Origin: Trichodelitschia bisporula
Taxonomy: Eukaryota
Assembly (NCBI GenBank): GCA_010356995.1
Contig: ML996700.1
Span: 496,001-560,000, forward strand
Direction: 5' to 3'
DNA: 64,000 nucleotides
In this document: positions 1 to 12,171 of the stretch, piece by piece
How positions within the stretch are numbered: position 1 is the stretch's first letter
Layout of the letters: each line of letters starts with the position of its first letter
Translations under genes and position numbers: made by a program
The notes under the pieces: generated by a model
What the model was told of the DNA's origin: nothing
The model's database searches: none
The model's input: the letters and a program-made list of their open reading frames with translations, nothing else

Positions 1-1990
1 ACCTCGCGAGACCCAGCCCCGCTGTTGAATGCAGGTACGGTACGGTAGCATGCCGTCTGCGGTTAATCGACGATAGCAACATACGGTAGACCAGGGCGAT
101 GTTGAGAGGCCTCGTAGTCGCCGTGTCGGCTAGCTATCACACCGCGTGGAAGTGTTGACTCTGGCGCGCCGCAGACCGCAGTTTCATCCTCAGCCCGTCG
201 TCCAACAAACCAACTCATCTGCGGCGCCAGCACCAACGCAAGCGCGCTTGAAGGGAGTGCATCACTGCATATTCACGGGGGCTGGGGGAGCGGTGGGAGC
301 CTCGGCGGGTTTGCTTTTGGCTTTTTTCTTCGGATTGACCGCATCTTTTTCGACAGTGAATTTTCCACTTGTGTGCGCACTCTTCGCCGTAGACGAACAA
401 CGCGAGGGGAGGGTAATCTACGGACAGCTCTAGCCTTCACTCCGCAATCTCAGCGCCCATCACCGCGGCCTGGCGTGATATTTACCATCCGTATTGCGAG
501 TGTACCTTCGATAAATATGCTCTTGCACTCATGGTCAAAGCGGAAGGAGGATGGAGCCGCGGGCCGCAGGGGTGTGGGGGTGATTGTCGATAGGCGGCCA
601 CGATGTGGGGAAGGGGCCGGCGGCGATGGAAGCCAGTGGAAGGGGTGGAATGGGAAGCGGGCTGGCGATCCCGGGGGCTTTTTCTTAGGGCCGGGGGCTG
701 GGCGATGGAGCCGGAGCCGGGGTGGCTTAATTTGGCTTTGGAATTTTGTTCGGTGCGTGTTTCACGGGAACGGATTGCGGCGGGGTTGGGTTGGGGAAAT
801 ATTTGTATACTACTGCGTAGGTGGGACGGGTGTGAGTTGTGTGAGGCAAGGGATGAGGCAAGTGTTGCGGTTGGAGGTGCGGGCGGTGCGGGTGTTCAGG
901 CACGCTGCTGCGCGGCTTCGGGATGTACGACTGCACTTCTCGGAGCGGGCGGATGGCGGGCGGGACGGTATTGGATGGATTGAAGCGCACATCTTCTGGA
1001 CTGTGCACACCGGACAAAGCAAAAGTCGGGCAAGGCGAGCTCACTGCGTCTGGCGTGCCGACGTGCAGCAGGGCTGACGTTGAGCTGCACCTGTGAAAAA
1101 CTGGCGAGGAGGCAACAGCTGAGGATGCGCTTGTCAGGGGCGGAGACGGAAGTGTGGAGTTTGGTGTGTCTAGAGTAAGGGGGTGGCCAACAAGGGGAGG
1201 GGAATGTTGGTGTTGTTGAAGGTTGGACACTTGGATCGAGATGGTTTCCTCACTGGCTGCTTTGTCCATCGCTCGATTCTTCAAGGGGTGGTTGAGGTGT
1301 TGGTGTACCTATCGATTGCGATAATCGGTATCGGCATTCCAACATCCAACCGACCCAACAACCAGCGGGAAGTGTACATGCGTAATCGATACGCTCATCT
1401 TCAGAGCCACGATGGTGCACTACATCCGTACGTACGGAATAGTAAGTGACAAGTCGCCTCGCAACGCCACTGGTTCGAGGCTTGGGACTGCAGGCTTCAG
1501 GGAGAAACTCATCACTGTCGGTAAACAGTGGCTATGACTGGACAGTTTACTCTGGTAAAGAAGTACTACGGAGTACAACGTAGTTCACCGTAGAGTGAGG
1601 AGAAGAGTGTGAGATCGTGAGGAGAGAGTGCAGCAGAGCGTGAGACGGACTGTGCAAGCTATCGTAATTGGCCCCTAAATTGGGATTAGGGCTCCCCCCT
1701 TCCCCATGCCCCCCCTAATGACAAGCCGACAAGGGGTCGGAGCAGTGCGCCCCCGATTCCAAGCCCCCCCAGTAGTGTACCCAATCCCCAGGCAGCGCTC
1801 AATACATAAGAGCCACCGTGTTCTCTCGTCCTCCCCCCTCCCAAATCCCACTGAACAACCACCTGTCCTCTCAACCCACATCCAATGCTGTTACGAAAGC
1901 ATGTCAACCATGGAGGAACATCTCTCCCCTATCAAGAACTTCGTTTTCTCTACTGAACCCGATTCATCTCTACCATCGCAAACAATCAAG

Positions 1991-3160
1991 ATGGAGGACC
2001 TCGAGAACTCTTTCTTCGCCTCCACTCCCTCCACCTTCGTCTCTCACTCTCCCTCTTGCTCGGCCACCCCTGCCCCAGAAGGCTCCACTCCCCAAGACAG
2101 GTCGTCCGAGTCCAAGCCGGTCAAGAAGCGGAAGTCATGGGGACAAGTCCTCCCCGAACCCAAGACAAACCTCCCACCACGCAAGCGTGCAAAGACCGCC
2201 GATGAGAAGGAACAACGCCGCATCGAACGCGTGAAGCGTAACCGTCTCGCAGCTCACAACTCGCGCGAGCGGAAGCGGCAAGAGGTGGAGCTGCTCCAGT
2301 CAGAGAGGAACGTCCTCGAGCAGCGTGTCAAGGAGATGGCCGACATTCTCCGAAAGCAGCAATCCGAACTGCAGGCCTGCCATCAAGTCATCGACCAGGC
2401 AAACCTTCCCCGGCCTACACCTCTAGTAGGGCCCGTTACACTCAGCTTCGATTTCCTCTCGCAGCCGCCCTCCAACAGCGCTTCCCTCCTCACCTCCCCG
2501 GACAGTCTCCGTTCAAGCCTCGACTCCCCGATCACCAGCTCTATTCCATCCACTCCTCGTGACCGCGGATTTGCTGGCGAGCCCCACCTGACACAACATT
2601 CTGCTGCAATGTTGTGCGACCTGCAGTGTCGGTCGGGCCCCAGCATCTCCTCGGGATCGATGAGCATGCCAAGTTGGGCTTTCCAGCTTTGGCTGATGGT
2701 TCTTTCCCTTTTCAGTCTAATGATGACTTCGACTCGCCTTTCTCTCGCGGCGGCGACTTCTCCCTCTTCCCGGACGACGAACCCGGTTCGTTTTTCGAGG
2801 CTGTCTTCGACAGTTCGGCGTCTAACGTCGCGCCTTCTCACCTCTCTAGCGGCCATCCAGACTCCCTGGACGGCTTTGATGCAGGCTTCCTCGATCTGCA
2901 GCCCAGCTTGCGCGCCACTGACGTGTGCGACGGGCCGGGCCTTGCGGCCGAGGATGTCGAGCTCAAAGCTTGACGGGCAGACTGACGGCGCGGTAGGGTG
3001 TGTTGGCGTTGGCCTAGACGACCGTTCTTTCAGAACAGGTCGATCAACAAACCACATAAGGTACGCCAGCGGTCTCGACCGACGGCGCAGTCACAGTGAA
3101 GTGAAGGGGGCGACGCGGCGTAGTGTTGTACAAGGGAGGGCCGGCATCGGCGTGCACTGA
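1991..3160 (+). CDS. HAC1: bZIP unfolded-protein-response transcription factor HAC1/HacA. Unspliced form ends at 3160; Ire1-spliced form (intron 2604-2623) ends at 2973, about 320 aa. Start could also be 1901 or 1910.
   Basis: HacA signature KKRKSWGQVLPEPKTNLPPRKRAKTADEKEQRRIERVKRNRLAAHNSRERKR followed by a leucine zipper. Removing 20 nt shifts the frame into ORF 2614-2973, which ends in the HacA-like tail LQPSLRATDVCDGPGLAA. Confidence 0.96.
   Translation: MEDLENSFFASTPSTFVSHSPSCSATPAPEGSTPQDRSSESKPVKKRKSWGQVLPEPKTNLPPRKRAKTADEKEQRRIERVKRNRLAAHNSRERKRQEVELLQSERNVLEQRVKEMADILRKQQSELQACHQVIDQANLPRPTPLVGPVTLSFDFLSQPPSNSASLLTSPDSLRSSLDSPITSSIPSTPRDRGFAGEPHLTQHSAAMLCDLQCRSGPSISSGSMSMPSWAFQLWLMVLSLFSLMMTSTRLSLAAATSPSSRTTNPVRFSRLSSTVRRLTSRLLTSLAAIQTPWTALMQASSICSPACAPLTCATGRALRPRMSSSKLDGQTDGAVGCVGVGLDDRSFRTGRSTNHIRYASGLDRRRSHSEVKGATRRSVVQGRAGIGVH
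2592..2631 (+). other. Ire1 twin stem-loop and non-spliceosomal 20-nt intron (2604-2623) of HAC1
   Basis: Stem CACAACATT/AATGTTGTG with 7-nt loop CTGCTGC; stem CGAC/GTCG with 7-nt loop CTGCAGT. Both loops fit the CNG|CNG Ire1 consensus and the cuts are exactly 20 nt apart. Confidence 0.95.
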
Positions 3161-3737
3161 GATGTCAACTCGGGTGGAATGGAGCTTGCAACTGCTTTGG
3201 GATTTGTGGATTAGCGATTTGGGAGCATTGGCGTTTGATGAGACTGGTGTGTCTCCATCGGTTACTGGGGCTGGGAAAATGACTAAAGGTTGGGGAATGG
3301 GATCATGGGATCACGGTTCCCTCATTGTGCGCTGGATTGTATTCTATTCTACTATTGTTTTTATAGTGTGGCAGCGGAAGAAGAAGTTCCACCCGATCTC
3401 CGATATTGAGTGCATGTTTGATCTCGATCGCTGTCTTGTTCGAGGCCTTAAGATCCACTGGGCCGGACCCATTCCCTGGCTGTGAGTGGGTCTTCGATTC
3501 TCAGGTGTGGTCATATGCCCCCAGTCTTGACCTCATCACCGCTGATCCCGATTAGGTACCCACCGTGGGTATGACGTATTTCCGTGGGGGATTCGAGGTC
3601 AAATAGCTGAGAGCTTGTCCAAAGGTCAGTCCATCAGTTGAATCCACATCTCTACATTTACTGAACCTCACTCAGACCTCTGCTATCCAATATCTCTACA
3701 CTCTACACCTGATCATCAGCCACTTGAAGCTTTCAAA

Positions 3738-4124
3738 ATGCCGGAGTCTCAACCTCAGTCGCACAACGCCATCGAGACGGGCTCGAATGAGGTCCATGGT
3801 GTTGGGAAGGTGAATGTAAGTTTGTTCTACTGTTCTTTTGCTTCTTCCTATCCATGGTCACTTCTTTTTGCTGTTTTCAGCTTGATATCAGTCTTGTCTT
3901 GTTTGTTCATTCCGCTCTTTGCTCTCTTCGCTCTCGTCTCTCCTAAGCACCTACTGACTAGCCATCTTATCCAGACCTCCCACGTCGACCGCGCCGATAA
4001 AACCGCGCCAATGCCAGAAGTGGAAAAGGGCGGCGCGCTGAAAGATATGCCAGCCAGTGGAGGAGGTAGTGCGGGCTTGTCGAAGGGGCAGGACGCCGGG
4101 CAGGGTGGAAGGCAGATGAAGTAG
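3738..4124 (+). CDS. Small (75 aa) Gly-rich hydrophilic protein, two exons (3738-3815, 3975-4124)
   Basis: ATG in good context (TTCAAAATG). GTAAGT at 3816, branch CTGAC and CAG at 3974 remove the hydrophobic T-rich in-frame stretch, giving MPESQPQSHNAIETGSNEVHGVGKVNTSHVDRADKTAPMPEVEKGGALKDMPASGGGSAGLSKGQDAGQGGRQMK. Confidence 0.75.
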   Translation: MPESQPQSHNAIETGSNEVHGVGKVNVSLFYCSFASSYPWSLLFAVFSLISVLSCLFIPLFALFALVSPKHLLTSHLIQTSHVDRADKTAPMPEVEKGGALKDMPASGGGSAGLSKGQDAGQGGRQMK

Positions 4125-5535
4125 CCGACCGATGGTGTATGTTAGCTACAATGGAGATGAGCGTTGATCTCTGCTGCGATGCGTTGTGCTGTGATGTTGG
4201 CCTTTGTGAGATTGTGTGTGATGGAGATTTTGCTGAGGAGGGGCGGAATGGGAAGAGGAAGGGAGACGATGAGGTATGTGACTTGACGGCGAGGTTGAGA
4301 CACTGCGACGATGGCTGACTGCTGACAGTGTGTGGAGCTCATTGAGGTAGTGCGCTGGCTCGGAGCTGACTTGTCGCTGTTGGTGGCCTTCGTCGCGGGG
4401 GGCCGTCAGGGACGTTCTGGAAGGGAATGGATTGGGATAGTTGCTCAAAGTTATGTCTACCACTCCTGAGCAGCATTGCGCAAGCTTTTACTTACTGATG
4501 GTAGATGATGCTCGAGATGGTAGCGTTTACGAACGTAGGGGTCCGTGGTGTCGCTGTGATCGTGGTGATGGACAAGTGCCTTTGGTAGGAGAAAGGGATG
4601 GGAACCTGGAGATACAATGGTATGTGCACGAAAAAATAGCTTGGAGGTATCTCAGACTGACTCTCAACAGATTGTACAGCATGCTGAGGCCTTGCGAGGT
4701 CTCGTTGTGCTGCTTCTCCTCCCTGGACGGACTGTGTACCCCGCTGAGCAGTCGCGACCCACCCAGAATAACTCCTTCCCCCCCTATTGTTCTACCCTAC
4801 GAAGGCAAACAGCCTGTCACAAACACCGCCAGCGCCATCATGCCATCTTTCCAGTCTTTCTCTTCATGAATTCATATATATCATGATCCTACATTTCTTC
4901 TCCTAGTTGTCCCAGGCTAGCCTCTGACTGTTATCCAGGAACCTCTGCACCGAACTGCTGCCCAGCCTGAATGAGGCTGAAAATGTTCTCGAGGAAGGAG
5001 CGAGGCACATGGACCCAATTATGGGCCTATAAATTGCACCGGAGTGACGCATCTTTCTCTTCCTCTCTTCTCAACCACCACCACTCATCATCATCATCAC
5101 CACCATCTTTCAACACCATCAGTTCCAACCATCTCTCAAGCCTTTCTTTTATATAGGATGGACAGAGAAGCATACAGTTGACTCCGATTTGATTAATTCC
5201 TCCAATTCCTGCCTATTGTCTCGTTCTCACGGTCTCCAGCCAGAACTTTCATTGTCGCACATTCCCCCTCAGGTGCAGCGTGAGCTCACATCTTCGAAGT
5301 AAGATCTTCTATTGGAGCCTTCACGAACGTCGGACTATCGGCTAATTAATCAAGTGCCTCAAGCCAAGATTTGCTGCTCTCCAGTCATCGAATGTCGACT
5401 TTGATACTGCTTTCTGACTAATCAGCGATCACGAACAGATTCTCTGCACCACGTTCAAGGGATGGTCTCTTCCACCGCGTGGTATGGCCCACGGCGTCAT
5501 AAGTACAGTTAAGCGACGCACAACTTGCGAGGGCA

Positions 5536-6158
5536 ATGGCCCGGCTTCAGGACCAACGCTTCATCAGCGACCTCTCCATGAGCAAAGCATCAGAAAGGCC
5601 TAGGCTCGCACTCGACGCTGACAACAACCTTACTCGAGGACCGCCCAGTGCCGGTACGAACCTGGAGATGTCTCGGCAGTTCCGGGATTTCGTATCCGCC
5701 ATCCGCGGAGACCAGGCCCTACCTCCCGACGGAGCGGCTGTAGGGGGGTTCTTTGTCCCCTATACCAACTTCCGCCTTATTCAAGGCCGATATAACATCG
5801 ACGAGAGCATCATCACGGTCTTTTCGCCGCTTTCGTCCAGACACTGGCGATGCTGTTTTGCCTACAAGGGGCACATCATACCCTTGAAGCAAAGAGGCAC
5901 CCATTAAGGCGAAGGGATGTCTCCTAATACTTATTAACCGCTTACTGTCCCTTCTAACTCGTATATCAGGTCAGGCCGCCTCCATTCGCTCATAATTTCT
6001 TCCTCACAATTCATGAGTTCAAGAAGGCTTTCTGGGATAAGTCAAAAAAGTCGGTTCCGTATCACGTGTATTTAAGCGGGTTTCCTTAGCGCAGGAGTTT
6101 GGGCGTTGAGGCCAGCATACGGAAGGGCTTAAAGACATCACAATACATGCTTTTCTGA
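5536..6158 (+). pseudogene. Possible degenerate spliced gene remnant of unknown family
   Basis: ORF 5536-5907 reads more protein-like after a frameshift near 5820 (DESIITV/FAAFVQTLAMLFCLQG). Intron-like branch and acceptor (CTAAC...CAG at ~5969). The following exon contains an in-frame TAG. Confidence 0.25.
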
Positions 6159-7503
6159 GATAGGGAGCGGATACATACACACCCTCTTTTTCTTAAATCT
6201 CACTCTTACGTTTACACCCTCATGTGCAACTCTTGTCCGTGCTTCAAGATTTCATCCATCAATACCGTTGCTAACTGAGGGACGAAACCTGGAGCCCGGG
6301 GTGAGACTTTGTCTCGCTACTCAGAAGCACTACGTCAGTCTTGCTTGTGTGCATTGCAACCTCAGATTCCGCTGGTTGCACCAGGGATATCCGCCGAGTG
6401 TACAGCGAATGGACTAGGTCCGTGCATCTCGCAGCAACCTGTCGGAGGCCTGGAGAGAAACACAACCTAAACACCACACTCTGATATTGAGCACTGGAAG
6501 TTGGCCCTTGACGTGGTACACGACAACTGTGACCGATGTTCCCAAGTAACTTGACGCCATTTTCTTCCATAGGCCTGTGTGACACCATAGAAGTGCCACG
6601 GCAAACGTAGAATTGTTCCATCATATCGAAAGGCAAGTTCCCTTAAGGCTCCGTGGCAGGTGCGAAGGGTAGATCATCAAACAGAACTCGTCCGCAAGCC
6701 CTTGAGGATATTCGAACAGAGATATCGCACAACGCGGCGTATGCGATTCATCTTGCGCTCCAAGTCCGAAGCCCTCAATCCAATTAGGAGGTCTCTCCGG
6801 CGCGAAGAATGCAGGAAGGCTTGACGGAGGATTCATGAATGCTTAGCATAGTTCTCGAAGGAAGCGATAAGCGGGGAGCCCCTTGCTTGCATTGCCCACA
6901 AGCACGAGCTGTCTGAAACGCATTGGCCACCGAAACAAAGGGCTAGCGGGGGTAATAGGCATTTCTTGTCTCTTCAAGGCGCCATTGCCTCTTATCTGCT
7001 CAGCCAACGCCTCTATCACAACTCTTGCCGGAGCTGTATATCTTTAGACGATGTCGAAACATCGCTCGAACGAGGGACGTTTGATCGGGCCGCCATCGGA
7101 ATGACGTCGGGAAGCGGCATTGGAAGTGCATCCTACCCCGCCACCACCAGCCGGGAGTTGCCCGTCCCCCGCATCAAGAACCCAACACGCAGGCGCGGCA
7201 GGATCTATTTTTGTGTTTCACGTGCAAACAAGCACACAAGGGACAGCGACAAGCATAAACGGTGGCGTTAAAGGATCGCGCTAGACACAGCCGCGCACCA
7301 GCCTCGTCCCCTCCCCAATCCAGCAATTAGGATTCTGGTCTCCAACCCTTGCGCTTTGAGGCGGGGTTGCTTGGCCGCGGCTTTAGTAGGGTTATGCTCC
7401 GAAATGCATGCGCCTCGCGTCGACCGCGGGGTCGCGTGCGGAGCGTTTATATCGCGGGCCATGTGCAACGTGAGATGTTGGTATCTGAGGAAGTTCCCTC
7501 GCA

Positions 7504-8745
7504 ATGCTTTTCAAGTTCTTGAGTACGAGTCAACCGCGCGCGCCGCGCATTAAGAAGGAGGAATGGGAGAAGCACAAGGAAGATATTGTGCGCGAGTATA
7601 CGGAGAATGATCTCGCGTATATGGTGGAGTGGATGGCACGGAATCGCAATTTCACCGCGTCGTAAGTTGAACCCACGGCGCTTGGGATATGCGTTGATTT
7701 TTGTAGGGCGAAGCAGTTCGAGCATCAGCTCAATCGCTGGAAAGTTCGGAAGTACCGCAAAGGCGCGGTTAACGGGCAGTCGCTGAGCGGGGCATCAACT
7801 AGCTGTGATGCGAATCGGCCTTCGCCGAATGCATTGCAGTCCGTGGCGTCAACACCCTCATCCGCGACGAATACTGCCGACGGCCAGCAATCGACCCCCG
7901 CGCGAAGCGACCCGCGATCCTCAGTGACGGCCGACACAGCACTCAGCGGCACGGAAGTGATTGCAGAGCCAGATACGGCGGCGCACCCGACCGAGATGGA
8001 AGCTCCTCAAGGCAGTTACGACGCAAGCAGTCACAACACAAGCACTCCTGTCGTAATGCAGGTAACCCACATTCCCGTCCCGGGCATACCAAATGTCATT
8101 TCCCACAGCGTCTGGAGCTTCGAAGAAGAGCGTCCAGCGCCCCAACCGCCGGTTGAATCGCAGGAAATCAACGTCCCGGTCCATGACCCTACCCTCGCGC
8201 CCTCCCGCATGTCACCCAGCACGCGCAGCTTCATCAGCCTCGCGGGCCGATTATCGCGGCTAAAACGCCCGAAGCCAACACCCAGCATGGACTCGATGAC
8301 GCCTGGCAATGACCAGATGGATAGAAAGAGGGCGCGTCTCTCCCGCGCCAGCTCCTCCAGCTCCCTCTCGTCAGCCATGAGTTCTTTGCGCCTGGGCTCA
8401 CGGCTGTCGATGTCCTCCCGGCGCACGTTCACGATACCAGCGGAGTCCAACGTCGCCGATAAGGACGTGTCGATGCGCACATTTGGAGCAAGAGGTTCAA
8501 TGGACTTTCCGCCGACTCCGCCGCTCTTACCGGACTTCGCCCACTGGCCGGAGGATGACGGACTGGTGTATACGGTGGAGGGCGCCGATGAGGAATTCAG
8601 CAGCGTGAGAATACGAGCTGTGCAACGATCAACGACTACGTTCTCGGTGAGGCAGTTGCAGTTACCGGTGGTTGACGTGCGACTGCCGCCGATTTCGGAA
8701 CTTCCTCTGCGAGAGTCGCCTCTGCGAGAGCTTCCTCTGCATTAG
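7504..8745 (+). CDS. Clr5-domain protein, ~398 aa (exons 7504-7661, 7707-8745), with a Ser/Pro-rich disordered tail
   Basis: Exon 1 (missed by the ORF track) reads MLFKFLSTSQPRAPRIKKEEWEKHKEDIVREYTENDLAYMVEWMARNRNFTAS. After a 45-nt GTAAGT...TAG intron it continues AKQFEHQLNRWKVRKY, matching the Clr5 pattern WExHK..I...Y....M.....F.A...Q......W...K, and runs in frame into ORF 7834-8745. Confidence 0.82.
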
Positions 8746-9619
8746 TGGAATTGCGTGCTGAGCATAGAGGGCGACCGCTACTATCCTGGAGTTACGTAGA
8801 TAGCTCGCGGTAGACTATGGGCGGCCCTCAGGATATGCGTAATGTTCATTTTCGGATTGTGCGTTTCCAGGCGCTAGACTAGAGGTTCAAGAGCAGATGA
8901 TGGATACTGTCCTTTTATAATCGGATGGTTGGGAGGCGTTTTGGCATAAAATCCGGCGTTAAATAGAGGCAAGGACTCGGGATCTTCTCTACTTTCGATA
9001 TTAGTACCTTCCCCAAAAATCGGTGAATTGTGGAGAGAATGTTCCTGACTTCCTCGACTGAAGAACTTGAGTCCCGAGACTCTCCGCCCTTAAACAATCA
9101 ATATCACGTGCACAATTCTGCAAGGTACGAGTCCAGGCCAATGCACCGCGATGCCAATGGATCGCCATCCGGCGGCGAGGTTGGCGCATTGCCAATAATG
9201 CGGCTCTTGGAATATCTCGAGGTTGTCAAGGCAAAACTCATCCCGAGTTCGCTTGTCCATGCCGGTAGCCGAGGAAGGAATGAGCGAATAGCGGGGTGAG
9301 AGTAAGGAACATGCACGACAGTCCCGACATCAGATCTCGGAAACCACGCGGTGACGTTGCTACGCTTCCGTTTGTCAGCCACTACAAAGTGTCCATGGAG
9401 GCCAAGAAATGTCCGGGACTCGGCACGGGAATAGACCAGCTGCAGACTGAACCAGACTTTGAACCCCGATAGCGCCGCCGACGTGCAGCCGCTAGCATGG
9501 CAACGATGAGCCGGCGGCGATGGTGGGGAGTACTTGTACTACGACGGCGCCGCTCCAGTCTTTACTATTTCGATTTTGGCGTGTGGTTGTTGGATTAGAG
9601 TTTGGTACGGTGGGCTGAG

Positions 9620-11259
9620 ATGGCTTCCCCGGCAACCATTGGACAACCCATCCCAACTCCGATTGCCTCACGCGAGGACACCTCGACCTCAAAACTCGCC
9701 ATCACGGTACGAAGAATATATTCATTTTTATCATGGACGCCGCCGAACTGCCGTTGGAACCCGGAGCAGCCACCGGCGTTTTCGTTCGCCCTCAATTGCC
9801 TCTTCGGCTTCGCTGGCGCCTTCACCGTCGCCAATCTGTACTACAATCATCCCATCCTCAACATTCTTGCCCATGACTTCGATGTCAAGTATGAGAAGGC
9901 CGCGCAGATACCCACTGTCATGCAGGCTGGCTATGCGGCTGGGCTGCTGTTCCTGTGTCCGCTGGGCGACTTGTTCAAGCGGAGGCCATTCGTATTGCTC
10001 CTCGTCTTTGCTACGGCGACCATGTGGTGAGTGGCTTGGGGATATTCCGGCGAAGCTAACAGCCCAGGATTGGACTATGCATAACCAAGTCGTTCATAGT
10101 CTTCAGCTTCATCTCGTTCCTTACAGCCTTCACTACCGTAACCCCTCAGCTCATGCTTCCCCTCGTCGGCGATCTCGCCCCCATCAATCGCCGTGCCACC
10201 GCCCTCTCCATCGTCGTCTCTGGCCTAACACTCGGCATCCTAATCGCGAGAGTCATAGCCGGCGCTATGGCCGAGTACACTTCATGGCGCAACATCTACT
10301 GGATGAGCGCGGGACTGCAATACCTGATCTTCGCGCTGCTCTGGTGCTTCATGCCGGACTACCCATCCACCAACCCCGGCGGCCTCAACTACCTCAAAAT
10401 GTTATGGTCCATGCCAGTCATGTTCGTCCAGAACCCCATCCTCCCTCACGCCTGCATCATTTCGTTCTTCGTTTCCGCCACATTCACCGCCTTCTGGACC
10501 ACCCTCACCTTCCTCCTCGCCGGCCCGCCATACAACCTCCTCCCCCTTCCAATCGGTCTCTTCGGCCTCATCGGGATCGGCGGAATGTTGTTCGGGCCAA
10601 TATACGCCCGTCTCGTCACCGACCGCTTCGTCCCCTGGCTCAGCGTGCTCGTCGGCCTGACGATGGTGCTCTCCGCCGTGTGCGTAGGCACCTACACCGG
10701 GTCCTTCAGCATCGCGGGCCCGATCATCCAAGCCGTACTCCACGACGCTGGGATGCTGACTACGCAAGTGGCCAACCGGAGCCAGATCTACGCACTGGCA
10801 GCGAAGGCACGCAACAGAGTCAATACTGTGTTCATGCTCGCGACTTTCTGCGGCCAGCTTACGGGCACGGCGGCAGGGAATCATGTCTATGCCCGCGGAG
10901 GGTGGATCCGGAGCGGGAGTATGAGCGTGGGGTTTGCGAGCAGTGCGATCTTGATCTTGTGCCTGAGGGGCCCGTGGGAGAAGGGCTGGCTGGGCTGGCA
11001 TGGGGGGTGGGGGATGGGGAAGAAGGATGCGCGGTCGGCGGACGGGCATACGGTTGAAAGGGCGCAGTATGAGCGGAGTGTTGGGGATGTGGAAGCTTGC
11101 GAGGCGCGTGCGGAGACGCTGAGTGAAGGGGAGAAGAAGGATGGTGATTTTGGGAATGCGGTGAGGCGGTCGGAGGATGCGGGGCGTGTGGATGTAGGCT
11201 CGGAGAAGAGTGTCACAGTGGCTGTGGTGGACGATGAGAAGGGGGTTGAGAAGTCATGA
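9620..11259 (+). CDS. Major facilitator superfamily transporter (YgaY/YnfM-like), ~532 aa; intron 10027-10067
   Basis: Motifs ANLYYNHPIL, QAGYAAGLLFLCPLGDLFKRR, TVTPQLMLPLVGDLAP and multiple TM segments. A 41-nt GTGAGT...GCTAAC...CAG intron joins ORFs 9602 and 10153 in frame. Confidence 0.92.
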
Positions 11260-11925
11260 AAGCTGCGTTTTGGTTCGGCTGGTATCGCTCCTACGCTATA
11301 CGTATTCACCCTTCCTCCCCGAGGCCTTGCAGCCCAATGGCCGGACTCCCTTCCATCCGACAAAAGGCACGTAGACGCCAAACATCCAGTTGTTGCGGGA
11401 ATGCTTCGGGGCTGTCGGGAATCAGCAAGCGGTTCGGCTCCAGGATCTTTTTACAGGGACTTACCAAATGCAGGACAGCTTGGACAGGCCTCGGACTTTT
11501 CTGGCAGTAATGGAGCCTCGACGTCGCCTTCACGGTAGTCGATGCTGTACTTCGGCGGCTTGTTGACGGGGGTTTTCGGGTGCCGAATTCGATAGAACAC
11601 AAGGAAAATACACATTTTGGTTTGCGCAGCAAATATTGTTGGCACAGTTCGGTCATGGTTTGAATGGGGTCTTCTTGCTATATGTACCGAGAGCGACAGG
11701 TAGGATTGTGTGGAATGTGAGGTACAAGGCTGTGAAGTGGCCGCAAACAGCAAGGCTATTGTCTAACCACGCTAGCTCAAAGAATTCAACATTCCAGCTG
11801 TACAGCCTTTCGAGCATTATAGTCAAAGACCGACTACCCCACCCAATCAGCTCGGGCGGTACTACAAAACCCTCGTGGCCGGCCCCGGGAGCATCGAAGC
11901 CAATCATTCTCCTTCCCCGTCAGCC

Positions 11926-12171
11926 CTAGTCCGACACCACCTCATCCTCCAAGGACTCCTTCTCGTGCTTCTTCTGAGAAGCCGTCCAGTCCAAGACCTT
12001 CATGAACGAAACGCATTCATTGCAGACGAGCTCATCCGGATTGATACCAAGAAGCTTACACGATGTTTCTGACTCCGTGTGGCTGGGTTTGCCCTCGCGC
12101 GTGCACCGCTGGACGTATACATTGGTTTCTTTCTTGCAGTACTTGCAGGGACCGCTGACGTAGTAACACAT
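11926..12171 (-). CDS. Small Met-Cys-starting Cys/His-rich protein (81 aa), putative metal-binding; cluster member 1
   Basis: MC-x6-CxxC-x10-C-x7-H...CxxC; aligns without gaps to the ORF at 12701-12895 over the first 35 residues. Confidence 0.7.
   Translation of the reverse strand: MCYYVSGPCKYCKKETNVYVQRCTREGKPSHTESETSCKLLGINPDELVCNECVSFMKVLDWTASQKKHEKESLEDEVVSD

Noticed and set aside
1..1450. Several overlapping ORFs (e.g. 373-1077, 727-1284)
   Set aside because: Low-complexity products arising from G-rich composition, with no recognisable motif. More likely a leader or promoter region of a gene beyond the window edge.
1706..1990. N-terminal extension of the HAC1 ORF from ATG 1706
   Set aside because: Composition resembles promoter/5'UTR. 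The real start is more plausibly 1901-1991, but this cannot be fixed from sequence alone.
9534..11057. 507-codon alternative-frame ORF over the MFS gene, and similar shadow ORFs on both strands over GC-rich genes
   Set aside because: Explained by the intron-caused frame switch and by stop-poor GC-rich codon usage.
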